DNA of 52,510 nucleotides, taken from Candidatus Staskawiczbacteria bacterium (GTDB taxonomy: Bacteria > Patescibacteriota > Minisyncoccia > Minisyncoccales > Staskawiczbacteraceae). Under the pieces are notes generated by a model, which was not told the DNA's origin, did not search any database, and saw nothing but the letters and a program-made list of their open reading frames with translations. The stretch covers positions 1-52,510 of the forward strand of contig JACPYG010000006.1 in NCBI GenBank assembly GCA_016196125.1, written 5' to 3'. The translations under genes and the position numbers were made by a program. Shown one piece after another: positions 18,777-28,485 of this stretch (position 1 is its first letter; each line of letters opens with the position of its first letter).

Positions 18777-18829
18777 ATTTTTTAAATTATCTGTTATGAT
18801 AATCTTTTTTTGATGTTTTTGAAAGAGTC

Positions 18830-18858
18830 TTGACAACTACCTAATCATTTGGTAATGT
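18830..18858 (+). promoter_or_regulatory. sigma70-type promoter of rnpB
   Basis: TTGACA-17-TAATGT, with TG just upstream of the -10. Confidence 0.65.
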
Positions 18859-18866
18859 CAAGCTAT

Positions 18867-19286
18867 CTCAGCAAGATGAGTGATTGCTCCTTACGAAAGG
18901 AGAGGAAAGTCCGAACACCATCCCGCCATACATTTAATTTTATATGAAGGGCGGGATAAAATAATAGTGGCTAACAGCCACCCATAGCAATATGCGAGGT
19001 GCGAACAGTGACGTACAAAATCGAAAGATTTTGTATTCCCAGTTTTGGGAAAATTCTGCAGTAATGCAGAAGTGAAACGGCTAAATCCTTATTGGGTGCA
19101 AGAACAAAGTCCCGCCATTCATTTAAGGTTAACAGGAAAAACCTGAAAAATTTCATGTTTGAATATGAAATTTTTATCTCAAAAGATGGAGGGCGGGATT
19201 AAAAGTAGTTCGCTTGACCCCGATGGCAACATTGAGGGCAGATAGATAATCACATAAAACAGAATTCGGCTTATAGTCTTGCTGGG
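18867..19286 (+). ncRNA. rnpB: RNase P RNA
   Basis: P1 CTCAGCAAGA/TCTTGCTGGG, GAGGAAAGTCC, GTGAAACGG, ACAGAATTCGGCTTA. Confidence 0.93.
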
Positions 19287-19333
19287 GTAACAAAAAACTC
19301 GATGTTAAATCGAGTTTTTTGTTTGTATGATTT

Positions 19334-19777
19334 TTAGAACAATTTTTGGCTTCCTGCATTAGCGTCTAAAGTTTCGTTTACCATTCTATCGGCTTCTTTA
19401 TTATTTTCTCTGGAAATTGCCTTAAATTTTACTTTTTCAAAATCCATTTTTAAGTTCCAAATTTCTATAAAAAACTTTTGAATCTTTTCATCTAAAATTT
19501 TATATTTACCGTTCATCTGATTTACCAGTAATTCGGAATCAGACCTTACTTCAACTTCGCTAATTTCCGCTATGGACTTGCCAAATAATGATTTAAACTT
19601 TTTTAAAGCATAAATTACAGCCGAGTATTCTGCCTCGTTATTGGTTAAATTATCGCCTAAATATTCTCCGTATTTTTTTATAACCTGCTCTTTCTCATTG
19701 CAAAAAACAACCCCAAGCGCCGCTCTGCCAGGATTGCCCCTTGACCCGCCGTCTGTATAAATAATTATTTTTTTCAT
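19334..19777 (-). CDS. rnhA: Ribonuclease HI family protein
   Basis: TDGGSRGNPG, TNNEAEY, DSEL, N.EAD. Confidence 0.9.
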   Translation of the reverse strand: MKKIIIYTDGGSRGNPGRAALGVVFCNEKEQVIKKYGEYLGDNLTNNEAEYSAVIYALKKFKSLFGKSIAEISEVEVRSDSELLVNQMNGKYKILDEKIQKFFIEIWNLKMDFEKVKFKAISRENNKEADRMVNETLDANAGSQKLF

Positions 19778-19826
19778 AAAAACTTTTTATTACACTGCTC
19801 TTAACTTTTTTGTTGGCCAATTGATT

Positions 19827-20342
19827 TTAATAGTCAAACTTTTTTAGTAAAAATAAATAATTTCTAGTAACATCAAAGCCCATATAATTTAACTTATCGC
19901 GAATTTCTTTAAGAATCCTCTCGAAACTTATGGCCTCAATATTTTTTTGCTTTAATGCATTGTAATATTGAGATTCTTCGTTAAGTTTTGGCGAAAAAAG
20001 TTTGGGTGAATAAACAAACTGCTTATGAAAAGATTTATGACCAAAACGTTTAATGAGGTATTTTTCTTTTTCGTCGGCGAACTTAGTAAGAGCATTGTTA
20101 ATACTCTCCTTAAGTCTCGTGCTTTTACTTGATAATCTAGGATTTGGAGAAACAGAAACCTCAATCCAATAATATTTTTGCCCATTAGTTGAAATAATAT
20201 CAATCTCTTTGCCCCTCCCTCCCCCTACTTTTCTACCTTTAATCTCGCGTGTTAATTTAGGCACAACAATATTGCTCATCGTAAAATGATTACAAACTTC
20301 TTGAAGCCAGATATTTACAATATCTTCAGCTGGATTAACCAT
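19827..20342 (-). CDS. PD-(D/E)XK-like nuclease-fold protein
   Basis: AE helix, EIDII..WIEV pattern; the catalytic K position is S. Confidence 0.55.
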   Translation of the reverse strand: MVNPAEDIVNIWLQEVCNHFTMSNIVVPKLTREIKGRKVGGGRGKEIDIISTNGQKYYWIEVSVSPNPRLSSKSTRLKESINNALTKFADEKEKYLIKRFGHKSFHKQFVYSPKLFSPKLNEESQYYNALKQKNIEAISFERILKEIRDKLNYMGFDVTRNYLFLLKKFDY

Positions 20343-20498
20343 AAAAATAAATTGCTTTCATTAATTTTTTTATTGACAAATCACACTTTCGTCCTAACAA
20401 GTTTTATAATAAACTCTAAAAGTATAAATTTTTTACTTTGAATAAAACATGAAAACTTGACAGAGGTATATGGTTTTGATAGTATTAATCTACCATTA

Positions 20499-20531
20499 GA
20501 AAGGACCGCGCTTCGCGGTCTTTTCCTTTTT
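20499..20531. terminator. GC hairpin at NYN stop
   Basis: GAAAGGACCGCG-CTT-CGCGGTCTTTTC. Confidence 0.7.
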
Positions 20532-21132
20532 ATTTTTTCTCTATTTTAATTTTTAGATTATTAATCTCAATAAAATTTACTTCTTTTGGATATTCACTTA
20601 AAACTTTACGTAATTTGGTAGATAATCGTGAAGTAAAATATCTATGACCAGAATTTATCTTTTTAGCGCTTGATACTAAAACAACTTTAATGCCTTTTGA
20701 TATTGCATTTTTAATTAAAAAATCGAAATCACCATCTCCGGTGAATAAGTAAAATTCTGAATTTAATCTTGATAATTCCATAGCATCAACCGTTAAATCA
20801 ACATCGCAATTTGATTTTTTATTATATCCCATATCAATCCTTTCAATAAATTTATTACCACAAGATGGACAATTTATACTAATTTCTTTATCTTTATTTT
20901 TGTAAGCAAAAACTGTTTTTGCTCTGACAATACATCCTTTTTCTGTTAAATTATTAATCATTGCCACGGTGTCTAAGTCGCCATCATCTACTCCAATATA
21001 AAAGAAAACCTGTTCGCATTTCCACTGATTAACTAAAAATTCATATAGTTTTATCCAATCAATGCCAAAACCGTGAAGTTTTTTGGTCGTACCATCAGTA
21101 TTATGAAAATCAATGAAAGCAAATTTCTTCAT
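20530..21132 (-). CDS. NYN/LabA-DUF88 PIN-like nuclease
   Basis: FIDFHN, K.NCDVDL..D, TGDGDF; CPSCG insert. Confidence 0.85.
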   Translation of the reverse strand: MKKFAFIDFHNTDGTTKKLHGFGIDWIKLYEFLVNQWKCEQVFFYIGVDDGDLDTVAMINNLTEKGCIVRAKTVFAYKNKDKEISINCPSCGNKFIERIDMGYNKKSNCDVDLTVDAMELSRLNSEFYLFTGDGDFDFLIKNAISKGIKVVLVSSAKKINSGHRYFTSRLSTKLRKVLSEYPKEVNFIEINNLKIKIEKK

Positions 21133-21141
21133 AAATTACTT

Positions 21142-22293
21142 TTACTTTTTAAAATACTCTTCCAAATATTTTTCAAATTTTTCCAAATTTTCATTTTTTA
21201 ACCTGAATCCCGACGCTTTGGCATGGCCGCCATAAGTTATCAAAAAATCTTCGCAAGTTTTCATCGCATCAACAGAATTATAGCCTTCTTTAAGGCTTCT
21301 TACGGAACCGCAAGATTCCGTGTCTCCTTTTTTAAAAATAAAAGTTGGCTTTTCGTATCTCTGGGCAATTATTGAAGCAACGGAACCCGCCAATGTTAAT
21401 TTCCAAGCCTGATCTCCCTGGAAAATAATCGGCGATTGTGATTTTTGGGTAATTCTTCTTTCCACTTCCTGCGTAATTTCTTTGATTTTTTGTTGTTTAT
21501 AATTGGTTTTATCAATTAAATCCTGTACTATTTCTCTGCACTTATCGATTGATGGAGAGGTTAGAAGCAAGTAAGAGTCGTTCTTGTAATTTATGCTTTC
21601 TGCCGCGTTTAAAGCCGAAATAATCTTTTGCAGAGCTCCCTGAAAAACATAGCCTTCTCCTAAAATATCTAAAAAGGCCCTTAATGCCGGGCGGAATGTG
21701 TTTTTTAAAGACCTTAATCCTTCTTCGATAATTTTTTGATTTTCATCTGTTTGAGGAACCATATCAGAAATCGTACCAAGCGCAGCCAATTCCAAAAGGC
21801 TGTTTCTTAAGTTTTCTGAAATTTTGTCACCCAATATTTCTTCACAAAGGCGGAATGTAACTCCAACATTTGCCAAACCCTTAAAAGAATAATTATCATC
21901 TTTTTGTTTTGGATCAATTATAAGAGGGGTGTCTGGAATCCCGTTTAGAGTTTCGTGGTGGTCAATAATTATTACTTCAAATCCCAATTTTTTGGCAATT
22001 TCCACTTCTTTAACATTTCCAATGCCAAGGTCTAATGTAATAAAAAGAGCCGGGGCCTTGTCTTTTAAAATATCCAAAGCTTTTGCGTTAACGCCGTAGC
22101 CATCAACTTCCCTGTCTGGAAAAAATACGGCAGAAATCTCCCCTCCTAAATTTTTGATAGTTTCTTCTAAGATAACAACAGACGATATGCCGTCTAAATC
22201 AGAATCTCCATACAAAATAATACGTTCTTTATTTAAGACCGCTTTTTTAATCCTTTCTGCAACCTTTTCCAAATTTTTAATCTTGTTTTCCAT
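21142..22293 (-). CDS. recJ: RecJ-like DHH/DHHA1 exonuclease (short form)
   Basis: GDSDLDG, DHH, GTISD, GSVRS, YGGH; ends after DHHA1. Confidence 0.8.
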   Translation of the reverse strand: MENKIKNLEKVAERIKKAVLNKERIILYGDSDLDGISSVVILEETIKNLGGEISAVFFPDREVDGYGVNAKALDILKDKAPALFITLDLGIGNVKEVEIAKKLGFEVIIIDHHETLNGIPDTPLIIDPKQKDDNYSFKGLANVGVTFRLCEEILGDKISENLRNSLLELAALGTISDMVPQTDENQKIIEEGLRSLKNTFRPALRAFLDILGEGYVFQGALQKIISALNAAESINYKNDSYLLLTSPSIDKCREIVQDLIDKTNYKQQKIKEITQEVERRITQKSQSPIIFQGDQAWKLTLAGSVASIIAQRYEKPTFIFKKGDTESCGSVRSLKEGYNSVDAMKTCEDFLITYGGHAKASGFRLKNENLEKFEKYLEEYFKK

Positions 22294-22295
22294 AA

Positions 22296-23336
22296 TTATT
22301 CCAAAGCTTTTAATCCAGGTAAAATGCTTCCTGCGAGGTAATTTAACATTGCGCCGCCTCCGGTGGAAACATGGCTGAATTTTGAAATTATACCCTCTTT
22401 CCTTAAAAATTCAATTGTCTCTCCCCCTCCAACCACAGAATATGCTTTGCTCTCAATAATGGCTTTGGCTATTTCCAAGGTGCCTTTTTTATAATTTTTA
22501 TCTTCAAACTTTCCAAAAGGCCCGTTCCATAAAACTGTTTTTGCTTTTGCAATTTCTTTTTTAAATAATTCAATAGTTTTTTCATCAATATCCAAAGCAG
22601 TCAAATTACCATAAGGGCTTATTATTTTATCTTCATTTTTGAATTTTATTTTTTTATCTATTATCGCTTTTTTAACCAGACCGCTTATAATAACTTTTGC
22701 TTTTTCAGAAAAACTTTCAATTAGTTTTAATTTAGCTTCCTCCACTTTAACTCCGCCTATAATTACCACCAATGGCTCTTTGGGATTTTGCATCACACTG
22801 TCTAAAACCTCTATTTCTTTTTGTAATGTCAAACCAGCTGCCGATGGCAGATATTTGCAAATGCCTGTTATTGAAATGTGATTTCTATGAGAATCTGCAA
22901 ATGCGTCATTTACATAAATATCTCCCAGCAAAGAAAGCTTTTTTGCGAATTTTAAATCGTATTCTGTTTCCTCTTTATGGAATCTCAAATTTTCAAGAAG
23001 CATTACTTTGCCAGGTTCCAAAGAATTGCTCTGATTTTCAACTTCTTTGCCAATACAGTCATCTGTTTTAACCACCGAAATTCCTAAGTATTCAGATAAC
23101 TTATTTTTTACTTTATCTAACCTTAAAGATTCAACAACTTTGCCGTCTGGGCGCCCCATGTGGCCCATTAAAACAACTTTTGCCTTATTTTCTATTAAAT
23201 ATTTTATTGTAGGCAGTCCTTGATTTATTCTAAAATCGTCCACTATATTGCCGTTATTATCCACTGGAACATCAAAATCACACCTGACCAAAACTCTTTT
23301 TTCTTCAACATTAAAATCTCTTATGGATTTAAACAT
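22296..23336 (-). CDS. pgk: Phosphoglycerate kinase
   Basis: LLENLRF, VNDAF, WNGP, HVSTGGGA. Confidence 0.95.
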   Translation of the reverse strand: MFKSIRDFNVEEKRVLVRCDFDVPVDNNGNIVDDFRINQGLPTIKYLIENKAKVVLMGHMGRPDGKVVESLRLDKVKNKLSEYLGISVVKTDDCIGKEVENQSNSLEPGKVMLLENLRFHKEETEYDLKFAKKLSLLGDIYVNDAFADSHRNHISITGICKYLPSAAGLTLQKEIEVLDSVMQNPKEPLVVIIGGVKVEEAKLKLIESFSEKAKVIISGLVKKAIIDKKIKFKNEDKIISPYGNLTALDIDEKTIELFKKEIAKAKTVLWNGPFGKFEDKNYKKGTLEIAKAIIESKAYSVVGGGETIEFLRKEGIISKFSHVSTGGGAMLNYLAGSILPGLKALE

Positions 23337-23347
23337 AAAAATAAAAC

Positions 23348-25243
23348 TCAAAATTTTATTGTCTGTCCCGGCTTAATTATTCCTGTTTTTTGTTGGTTTA
23401 ATTCATCTCCTGGCTTGTCCTGAGCCAAGTCGAAGGGTTCTTTGTTTTCTATTTTTTTTGGCGCTTCTATTGGCTCGGGCAGGTTTTTCTCTTCGAGCCC
23501 CGTTAGAGGCTTATTATTATTTTTACTAATTTCTTTTTCAGAATCATTAGTCCCTAACGGGGCAAGCGACTCTTCTAAAGCTTTTTTAAGTTCCGACAAA
23601 TTTATTTCTTTTCGTTTTACCTGCCTGTCGGCAGGCAGGGGTTTTTCTTCTGTCTTTGTTTGTGGCAACTTTTTAGGATTATGAAAAGGAATTGTTTCTA
23701 CTTTTTTATTAAATTGCTCTTTATTATTTTGCTCTTGCTTCTGAGGAACTTGTTCCTTATCGCTTGACTTTATTTTTTTTAAGCAGGATTTGCAATAGAT
23801 TGGCCTTCCCGGTTCCGGCTGGAAAATAACCTTAGTTGGTTTTTGGCACATAGAACAAATGGCATCGTAAAGTGTTGTCTGGGTTGCGGCCGATGATTCT
23901 GTCTCTTTTTTAGTATCCTGTTGAGGCGGAACAAGAGGCTTTACTGCCTGCACGTGCAAAGTATCGTCTAAAAAACTTGCCCAACGTGAAATTTTTTCCT
24001 GCACTATTTCGCTTTTAACTCCGTATTTTTCTTGAGACGCCCTAATAATTTTATCTTTATTTGACGCATCAATTAAAACTGGCGGCGGAAGAGTTTCTGC
24101 CGAAAAAGGGTGGCCGGCTATTCCATCAATCATTAATTTTAAATATATGTTATATTTTGGCAAATTGCATAAATCGGTAGCCGTAAATTCGGGAGTAAAT
24201 TCTTTTTCCAGAAATTCTGCATCTTCGGCTCCGACGCGAAAAACAACCAATGTGCCGACATTTCCAAAAACAGCGTCTCGGACGGTTTCTTCCATTTGGG
24301 TGATATATTGATGCCCCAAAATAAGGTTTAGCCTGTACTTTCTGGCTTCGGATAATATATTGGTAAAAGATTCTGTGGCAAAATTTTGGAATTCATCAAC
24401 ATAAAGATAAAAATCTTTTCTGTCTTCTTCTGGAATATCAACTCGAGACATTGCGGCCAATTGCAGTTTGGTAATCAGCAAGGCTCCTAAAAGTTTTGAG
24501 TTGTCTTCTCCTATTTTTCCTTTTGACAGATTCATAATCAATATTTTTTGATCATCCATTATCTCTCTCATATTAATTGTTGATTTTGTCTGGCCAATAA
24601 TATTTCTGACCAAAGGGTTTGAAATAAACTGCCCGACTTTGTTTTGAATAGCGGCAGTGGCCTCTATTTCGTATCTTTGAGTGTATCTGGCATATTCGGT
24701 AACCCAAAATGATTTAACTATGGGGTCTGTGATTTTATCAACCACTCTTTTCCTGTATTCTATATCGGCAAACATTCTGTTGACTCCCAAAAGAGTTGCA
24801 TCGGGGTATTCCAAAAGAGCCAGAATGGAATTATTTAAAATATACTCCATTCGCGCCGACCAAACATCGGGCCATACTTTTTTGAATACTCCCATTAATC
24901 CGGATGCCACCAAGTGCCTATACCTAAAATCAACCTTTTCCACAACATTAAAGGCAATTGGGTAATCTATATCCGAAGGATTGATATAAATCACATCATT
25001 GATTCTATCAGCTGGCACAAAATCAAGAATCTTTTCGGCTCCTTCGCCATGAGGGTCAATATAGGCTACTCCGCGGCCTGCCTGTATATCCTGGATTGCC
25101 ATCTGCTCCATCAAATTTGATTTGCCCATGCCGGTTTTACCAATGACATAAAAGTGCCGGCGCCTGTCGTCAATTTTTATGCCAAATTTTTTTCTTGCAT
25201 TGCGAAAACTGGTTAATCCAAAAAATACTATATTATTATCCAT
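23348..25243 (-). CDS. VirD4/TraG/HerA-like ATPase with CxxC-x17-CxxC domain
   Basis: GKTGMGKS, IDPHG, YVDEFQ, EARKY, CSMC..CKSC; low-complexity tail. Confidence 0.85.
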   Translation of the reverse strand: MDNNIVFFGLTSFRNARKKFGIKIDDRRRHFYVIGKTGMGKSNLMEQMAIQDIQAGRGVAYIDPHGEGAEKILDFVPADRINDVIYINPSDIDYPIAFNVVEKVDFRYRHLVASGLMGVFKKVWPDVWSARMEYILNNSILALLEYPDATLLGVNRMFADIEYRKRVVDKITDPIVKSFWVTEYARYTQRYEIEATAAIQNKVGQFISNPLVRNIIGQTKSTINMREIMDDQKILIMNLSKGKIGEDNSKLLGALLITKLQLAAMSRVDIPEEDRKDFYLYVDEFQNFATESFTNILSEARKYRLNLILGHQYITQMEETVRDAVFGNVGTLVVFRVGAEDAEFLEKEFTPEFTATDLCNLPKYNIYLKLMIDGIAGHPFSAETLPPPVLIDASNKDKIIRASQEKYGVKSEIVQEKISRWASFLDDTLHVQAVKPLVPPQQDTKKETESSAATQTTLYDAICSMCQKPTKVIFQPEPGRPIYCKSCLKKIKSSDKEQVPQKQEQNNKEQFNKKVETIPFHNPKKLPQTKTEEKPLPADRQVKRKEINLSELKKALEESLAPLGTNDSEKEISKNNNKPLTGLEEKNLPEPIEAPKKIENKEPFDLAQDKPGDELNQQKTGIIKPGQTIKF

Positions 25244-25254
25244 AATTTTTACTA

Positions 25255-26649
25255 TTATTCAATCGGCAAGTTAGGAGGCGGTCCTCCTTTTTTAGACTCA
25301 ACCCTTGCCATGGTTGGAGCAACCAATCCTGTGATTTTCACCGGAAAGTGGAATAATGTTGCCATTTCTTCTGTGTTTAAAATGGCTGAAATACTTTTTC
25401 TGTCAGGAAAAAGCGGAGGAAATCTTAAAACAGAATTTTTGAACATTTTCCTTGCCCTTAAAAATGCCCTTCTTTTTCTCCATATATAATGGATTTTAGG
25501 CCTTGTCTTGCCGCTAAAACCCATTCTGTTTAAATTTTGGGTTGAAAAATGAGCAAAATATGACCTGGTAAGTATTCTGTTGGCAGATTTCCAATTTTCT
25601 CTTTTAGCCACATAAACGCCTCTGATATGCGTCCTATAAACCGGTTTTTTAATTTTATTTTCAATTTCAGTGACAATTTCTCTTTCTCCGGGAGTTAGCA
25701 CCATTTCTCTTTCGCCTTCTTCTGATTTTTTAGGGTCAGCCCACTTATAACTTGCCTTTTCGCCAGACCCCTCTTTTTCTGGCCCCAGGGCCACTTGTTT
25801 TGCCACATACATTAAATCTTCCAAAAGAGTTGTCTCTTTTTTTTCCGGCCTTTTAGCTATTTTTGTAATTATTTTTTCTGCCTCTTTTTTCCATTCTGGT
25901 TCATCGCGGTCTGATACTGGAACCGTAATAAACTGAACCCAATAGTGCTCCCCCGGCCCTAACTTTGATAATAATTCCAACAAAGAGGCCATCGGATCTA
26001 TTCTTTTTTCTTCCGCCGAAATCCTTTCGCCTTGCGGCTCAAAGAATTTCTCGTATGTTTTTATCGGGTAAGCAGCTGGCTGCGACAATATCCAATCTTC
26101 GCCATAAAAATCCCATTCTTCATTAGGAACATTTTGGGGAACTAACTTTGTATAATCTGAAACTTCTTTTATTTCTATTTCTGGATAATGGCCATAAAGG
26201 GCAGTCTCAACATGAGTTTTATGACTTGCATTAACTCTGATATAAAAATGTATTTGGCCTTCAATACTGGCTATTTCCCATGACATCCAAAAAGGAGAAT
26301 TATCCAATTCGCCTTCGCACCATCTTTCTCTCCAGTTAGCCGTATCATAAATAGGCCATACAACTGTGAATACATCTTCCATCGCCTTTAAAGGAGTTAA
26401 AACTTCCTTTGGAGGTATTATTTCTAACATTTTCCACTTTATTTTTGAATAAGAAAAATCCCAGTCCAGCCACCACAAATAAAGCTCTTTTAACTGCATA
26501 GATAAAAGCAATGGGAAAAATAGCCACCACCAAACCCTTAAAAATGGCACCCATAAAACAAACAACATAAAAAACACCCACCAAAAAGGGTCCCATAGTA
26601 TTTTTTTAACCCATTCTAACCAAAATAATTGAGGGGGCAGATTAGCCAT
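25255..26649 (-). CDS. Conserved membrane-anchored partner of the ATPase
   Basis: Trp-rich TM N-terminus, YPIKTY, EEMATLFHFP. Confidence 0.8.
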   Translation of the reverse strand: MANLPPQLFWLEWVKKILWDPFWWVFFMLFVLWVPFLRVWWWLFFPLLLSMQLKELYLWWLDWDFSYSKIKWKMLEIIPPKEVLTPLKAMEDVFTVVWPIYDTANWRERWCEGELDNSPFWMSWEIASIEGQIHFYIRVNASHKTHVETALYGHYPEIEIKEVSDYTKLVPQNVPNEEWDFYGEDWILSQPAAYPIKTYEKFFEPQGERISAEEKRIDPMASLLELLSKLGPGEHYWVQFITVPVSDRDEPEWKKEAEKIITKIAKRPEKKETTLLEDLMYVAKQVALGPEKEGSGEKASYKWADPKKSEEGEREMVLTPGEREIVTEIENKIKKPVYRTHIRGVYVAKRENWKSANRILTRSYFAHFSTQNLNRMGFSGKTRPKIHYIWRKRRAFLRARKMFKNSVLRFPPLFPDRKSISAILNTEEMATLFHFPVKITGLVAPTMARVESKKGGPPPNLPIE

Positions 26650-26871
26650 TTAAGTTAATGTTTTAAATATTTTAGGCGCATACTCAAGCAAGATTGAAAT
26701 TATGGAAACAATTAAAAATCCCGCTAAAAAGAATTCAAAAGTATAAAGAAGCGGCACGGCCACAAAAGTAGTTTTTTTCTCGTGCCAGTAATAGACTAAA
26801 GAAAAGAATACTATATAAAAAATCAAAGTGGCTATAAATAATATATTGATTCCTATAAAAAAGTATGACAT
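26650..26871 (-). CDS. Small two-TM protein
   Basis: Hydrophobic, directly abuts the next gene. Confidence 0.7.
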   Translation of the reverse strand: MSYFFIGINILFIATLIFYIVFFSLVYYWHEKKTTFVAVPLLYTFEFFLAGFLIVSIISILLEYAPKIFKTLT

Positions 26872-26979
26872 ATTGCTTCATTATATCCCAATAATAATCC
26901 GCAATCAACAAAAATTTATGAAATAAAAAGACACGACCGAAATCGTGTCCTAAATGACAAAGAAATTATCTTTGTTCTG

Positions 26980-27213
26980 TCACTTAGCAGTGACTTTTTT
27001 TCGTTTCAGAAGCTTCATCGCTTCTTCAACGTTTTCTTCGCTCATCGCCAATTCCAGGGCTTGACCAATGGTCTTGCCTGGTTTGAGATTCCTCCTGGCT
27101 TCCAGGAGAAGAGCTACCGTGTAGAGTTCGGGGTCTTCTGCGAAGTGTTCCTCCGCTTCCAGTTTTTGAGCAATCTGCTCAACAATGGGATAGAGAACAT
27201 CGTTCAGTTTCAT
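26980..27213 (-). CDS. Orphan 77-aa helical protein
   Basis: SD AAGGAG, own promoter TTGACT-17-TAGGGT, terminator GACACGA/TCGTGTC at ~26930-26949. Confidence 0.7.
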   Translation of the reverse strand: MKLNDVLYPIVEQIAQKLEAEEHFAEDPELYTVALLLEARRNLKPGKTIGQALELAMSEENVEEAMKLLKRKKVTAK

Positions 27214-27380
27214 AGCAGGTCTCCTTTTGGGTTCTCATTTGGCAAAGAACTGGTTTTTCGGAACTACTTAAACCCTAATGTATTTTGTGTGATAAGTCAA
27301 ATAAATTCAACAAAAAAAACAACCCTTTTGAAGATGGGTTGTTTTCACTTGTTTTTTTGGTTTTGCCGTAAGTTATGGGA

Positions 27381-28409
27381 TCAGGCAGTTTGGGTTTTTC
27401 TTAAAAAATATTTTCCGGCCTCGTCTTTTTGGAAATATTCTTTATTGTTTAAGTTCATCAATACCGTATTTTTGGCAACTAATCTTTGGGAAAGAACTTC
27501 TTTGACAATTTCTTCTTTATCCAAGGCCATATTCTTTTTTTCCAGAACTTTAACAATCACATCTTTAATTGTGCCCGGACTGTATCCCCATTCTTGCAAA
27601 GCGTATGTGCCTCTGCCCACTAAAACAAACCTTAAATCTTTGATAAGTTCGTTATGAACTGTTTGAGGATAGGTTTTTTTATTTGGCAGATTATATCCAA
27701 ATTTATCAATCATTTCCGCCACTTTAGTAAAATGAAGAGGTTTTTGATGTTTTTTAAATACTAAAAATGCCCTGTCTCTTACCCCTCTCGGCTTTATTTC
27801 AGGCCATTCAATCAAACCGATTTTACCCTCTCCGTTTTCTTGTATTTTTTTTGAAACCTGAAGGTAAGACAATAAAGCCTCTTTTGACAGTTTGCTTTTT
27901 TGGGCAAAGCTGTCAGAAAAATCTTTTTTAAACAAAGGGCTTCCTTGCGTTTTGAAGTCCCTAATCAAATTAGCCAAAATTTCTTTAACTTTTATTTCCG
28001 GGTTTTGTATTGTTGACCAAAAAGAATAAAAATCCTTTTTTTCACAAACCCTGGAAAATTGTTCTCCCAATGTTAATAAAAATAAAATATAGGGTTTTGC
28101 ATTTTCCCCGCCAATTTCGTTAATGGCAACATCTTCTTTTTTAAATCCGCCCTTGTCTTCAAAATAAGAAACAAAATCTCCAAATATTTTATCCAAGGCA
28201 TCTTTGTTTTGATTTTTAACAAAAGTAAAACCGGCCTCCTCTATTTGGCGGACCCTTTCTCTGGTAATACCCATAGATTTGCCAATAGATTCCAGTGTTT
28301 CTTGTTTTGCTGTTTTCACGCCAAACCTGCGATCAAAAATGTCTTTGGTTTTTTGGGAGAGACCTTTGGTAAGTTTTTGGTATAATTGCGAGTAATTGAC
28401 TTTGTTCAT
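27381..28409 (-). CDS. Sigma70 region-4 HTH + winged-helix (HARE-HTH-like) protein
   Basis: TLESIG..MGITRERVRQIE; TVHNELIKD.RFVLVGRG.YAL.EWG. Confidence 0.8.
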   Translation of the reverse strand: MNKVNYSQLYQKLTKGLSQKTKDIFDRRFGVKTAKQETLESIGKSMGITRERVRQIEEAGFTFVKNQNKDALDKIFGDFVSYFEDKGGFKKEDVAINEIGGENAKPYILFLLTLGEQFSRVCEKKDFYSFWSTIQNPEIKVKEILANLIRDFKTQGSPLFKKDFSDSFAQKSKLSKEALLSYLQVSKKIQENGEGKIGLIEWPEIKPRGVRDRAFLVFKKHQKPLHFTKVAEMIDKFGYNLPNKKTYPQTVHNELIKDLRFVLVGRGTYALQEWGYSPGTIKDVIVKVLEKKNMALDKEEIVKEVLSQRLVAKNTVLMNLNNKEYFQKDEAGKYFLRKTQTA

Positions 28410-28485
28410 AATCTTATATAATTTAGCTGTTCTTTGACCCTACCATATTTAATAAACCATGTCAAGACTTCACTTAACCCCATTT

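Noticed and set aside
18971-19359. Two 61-aa minus-strand ORFs
   Set aside because: Antisense to the RNase P RNA.
23348-26649. Conjugative element
   Set aside because: No relaxase, VirB genes or integrase; the ATPase sits among core genes.
27061-27657. 198-aa plus-strand ORF and similar antisense ORFs throughout the window
   Set aside because: They overlap well-supported minus-strand genes, have no motifs and show antisense-type composition.
28429-28437. Fourth boxA-like GTTCTTTGA
   Set aside because: It is on the non-coding strand relative to the downstream gene.
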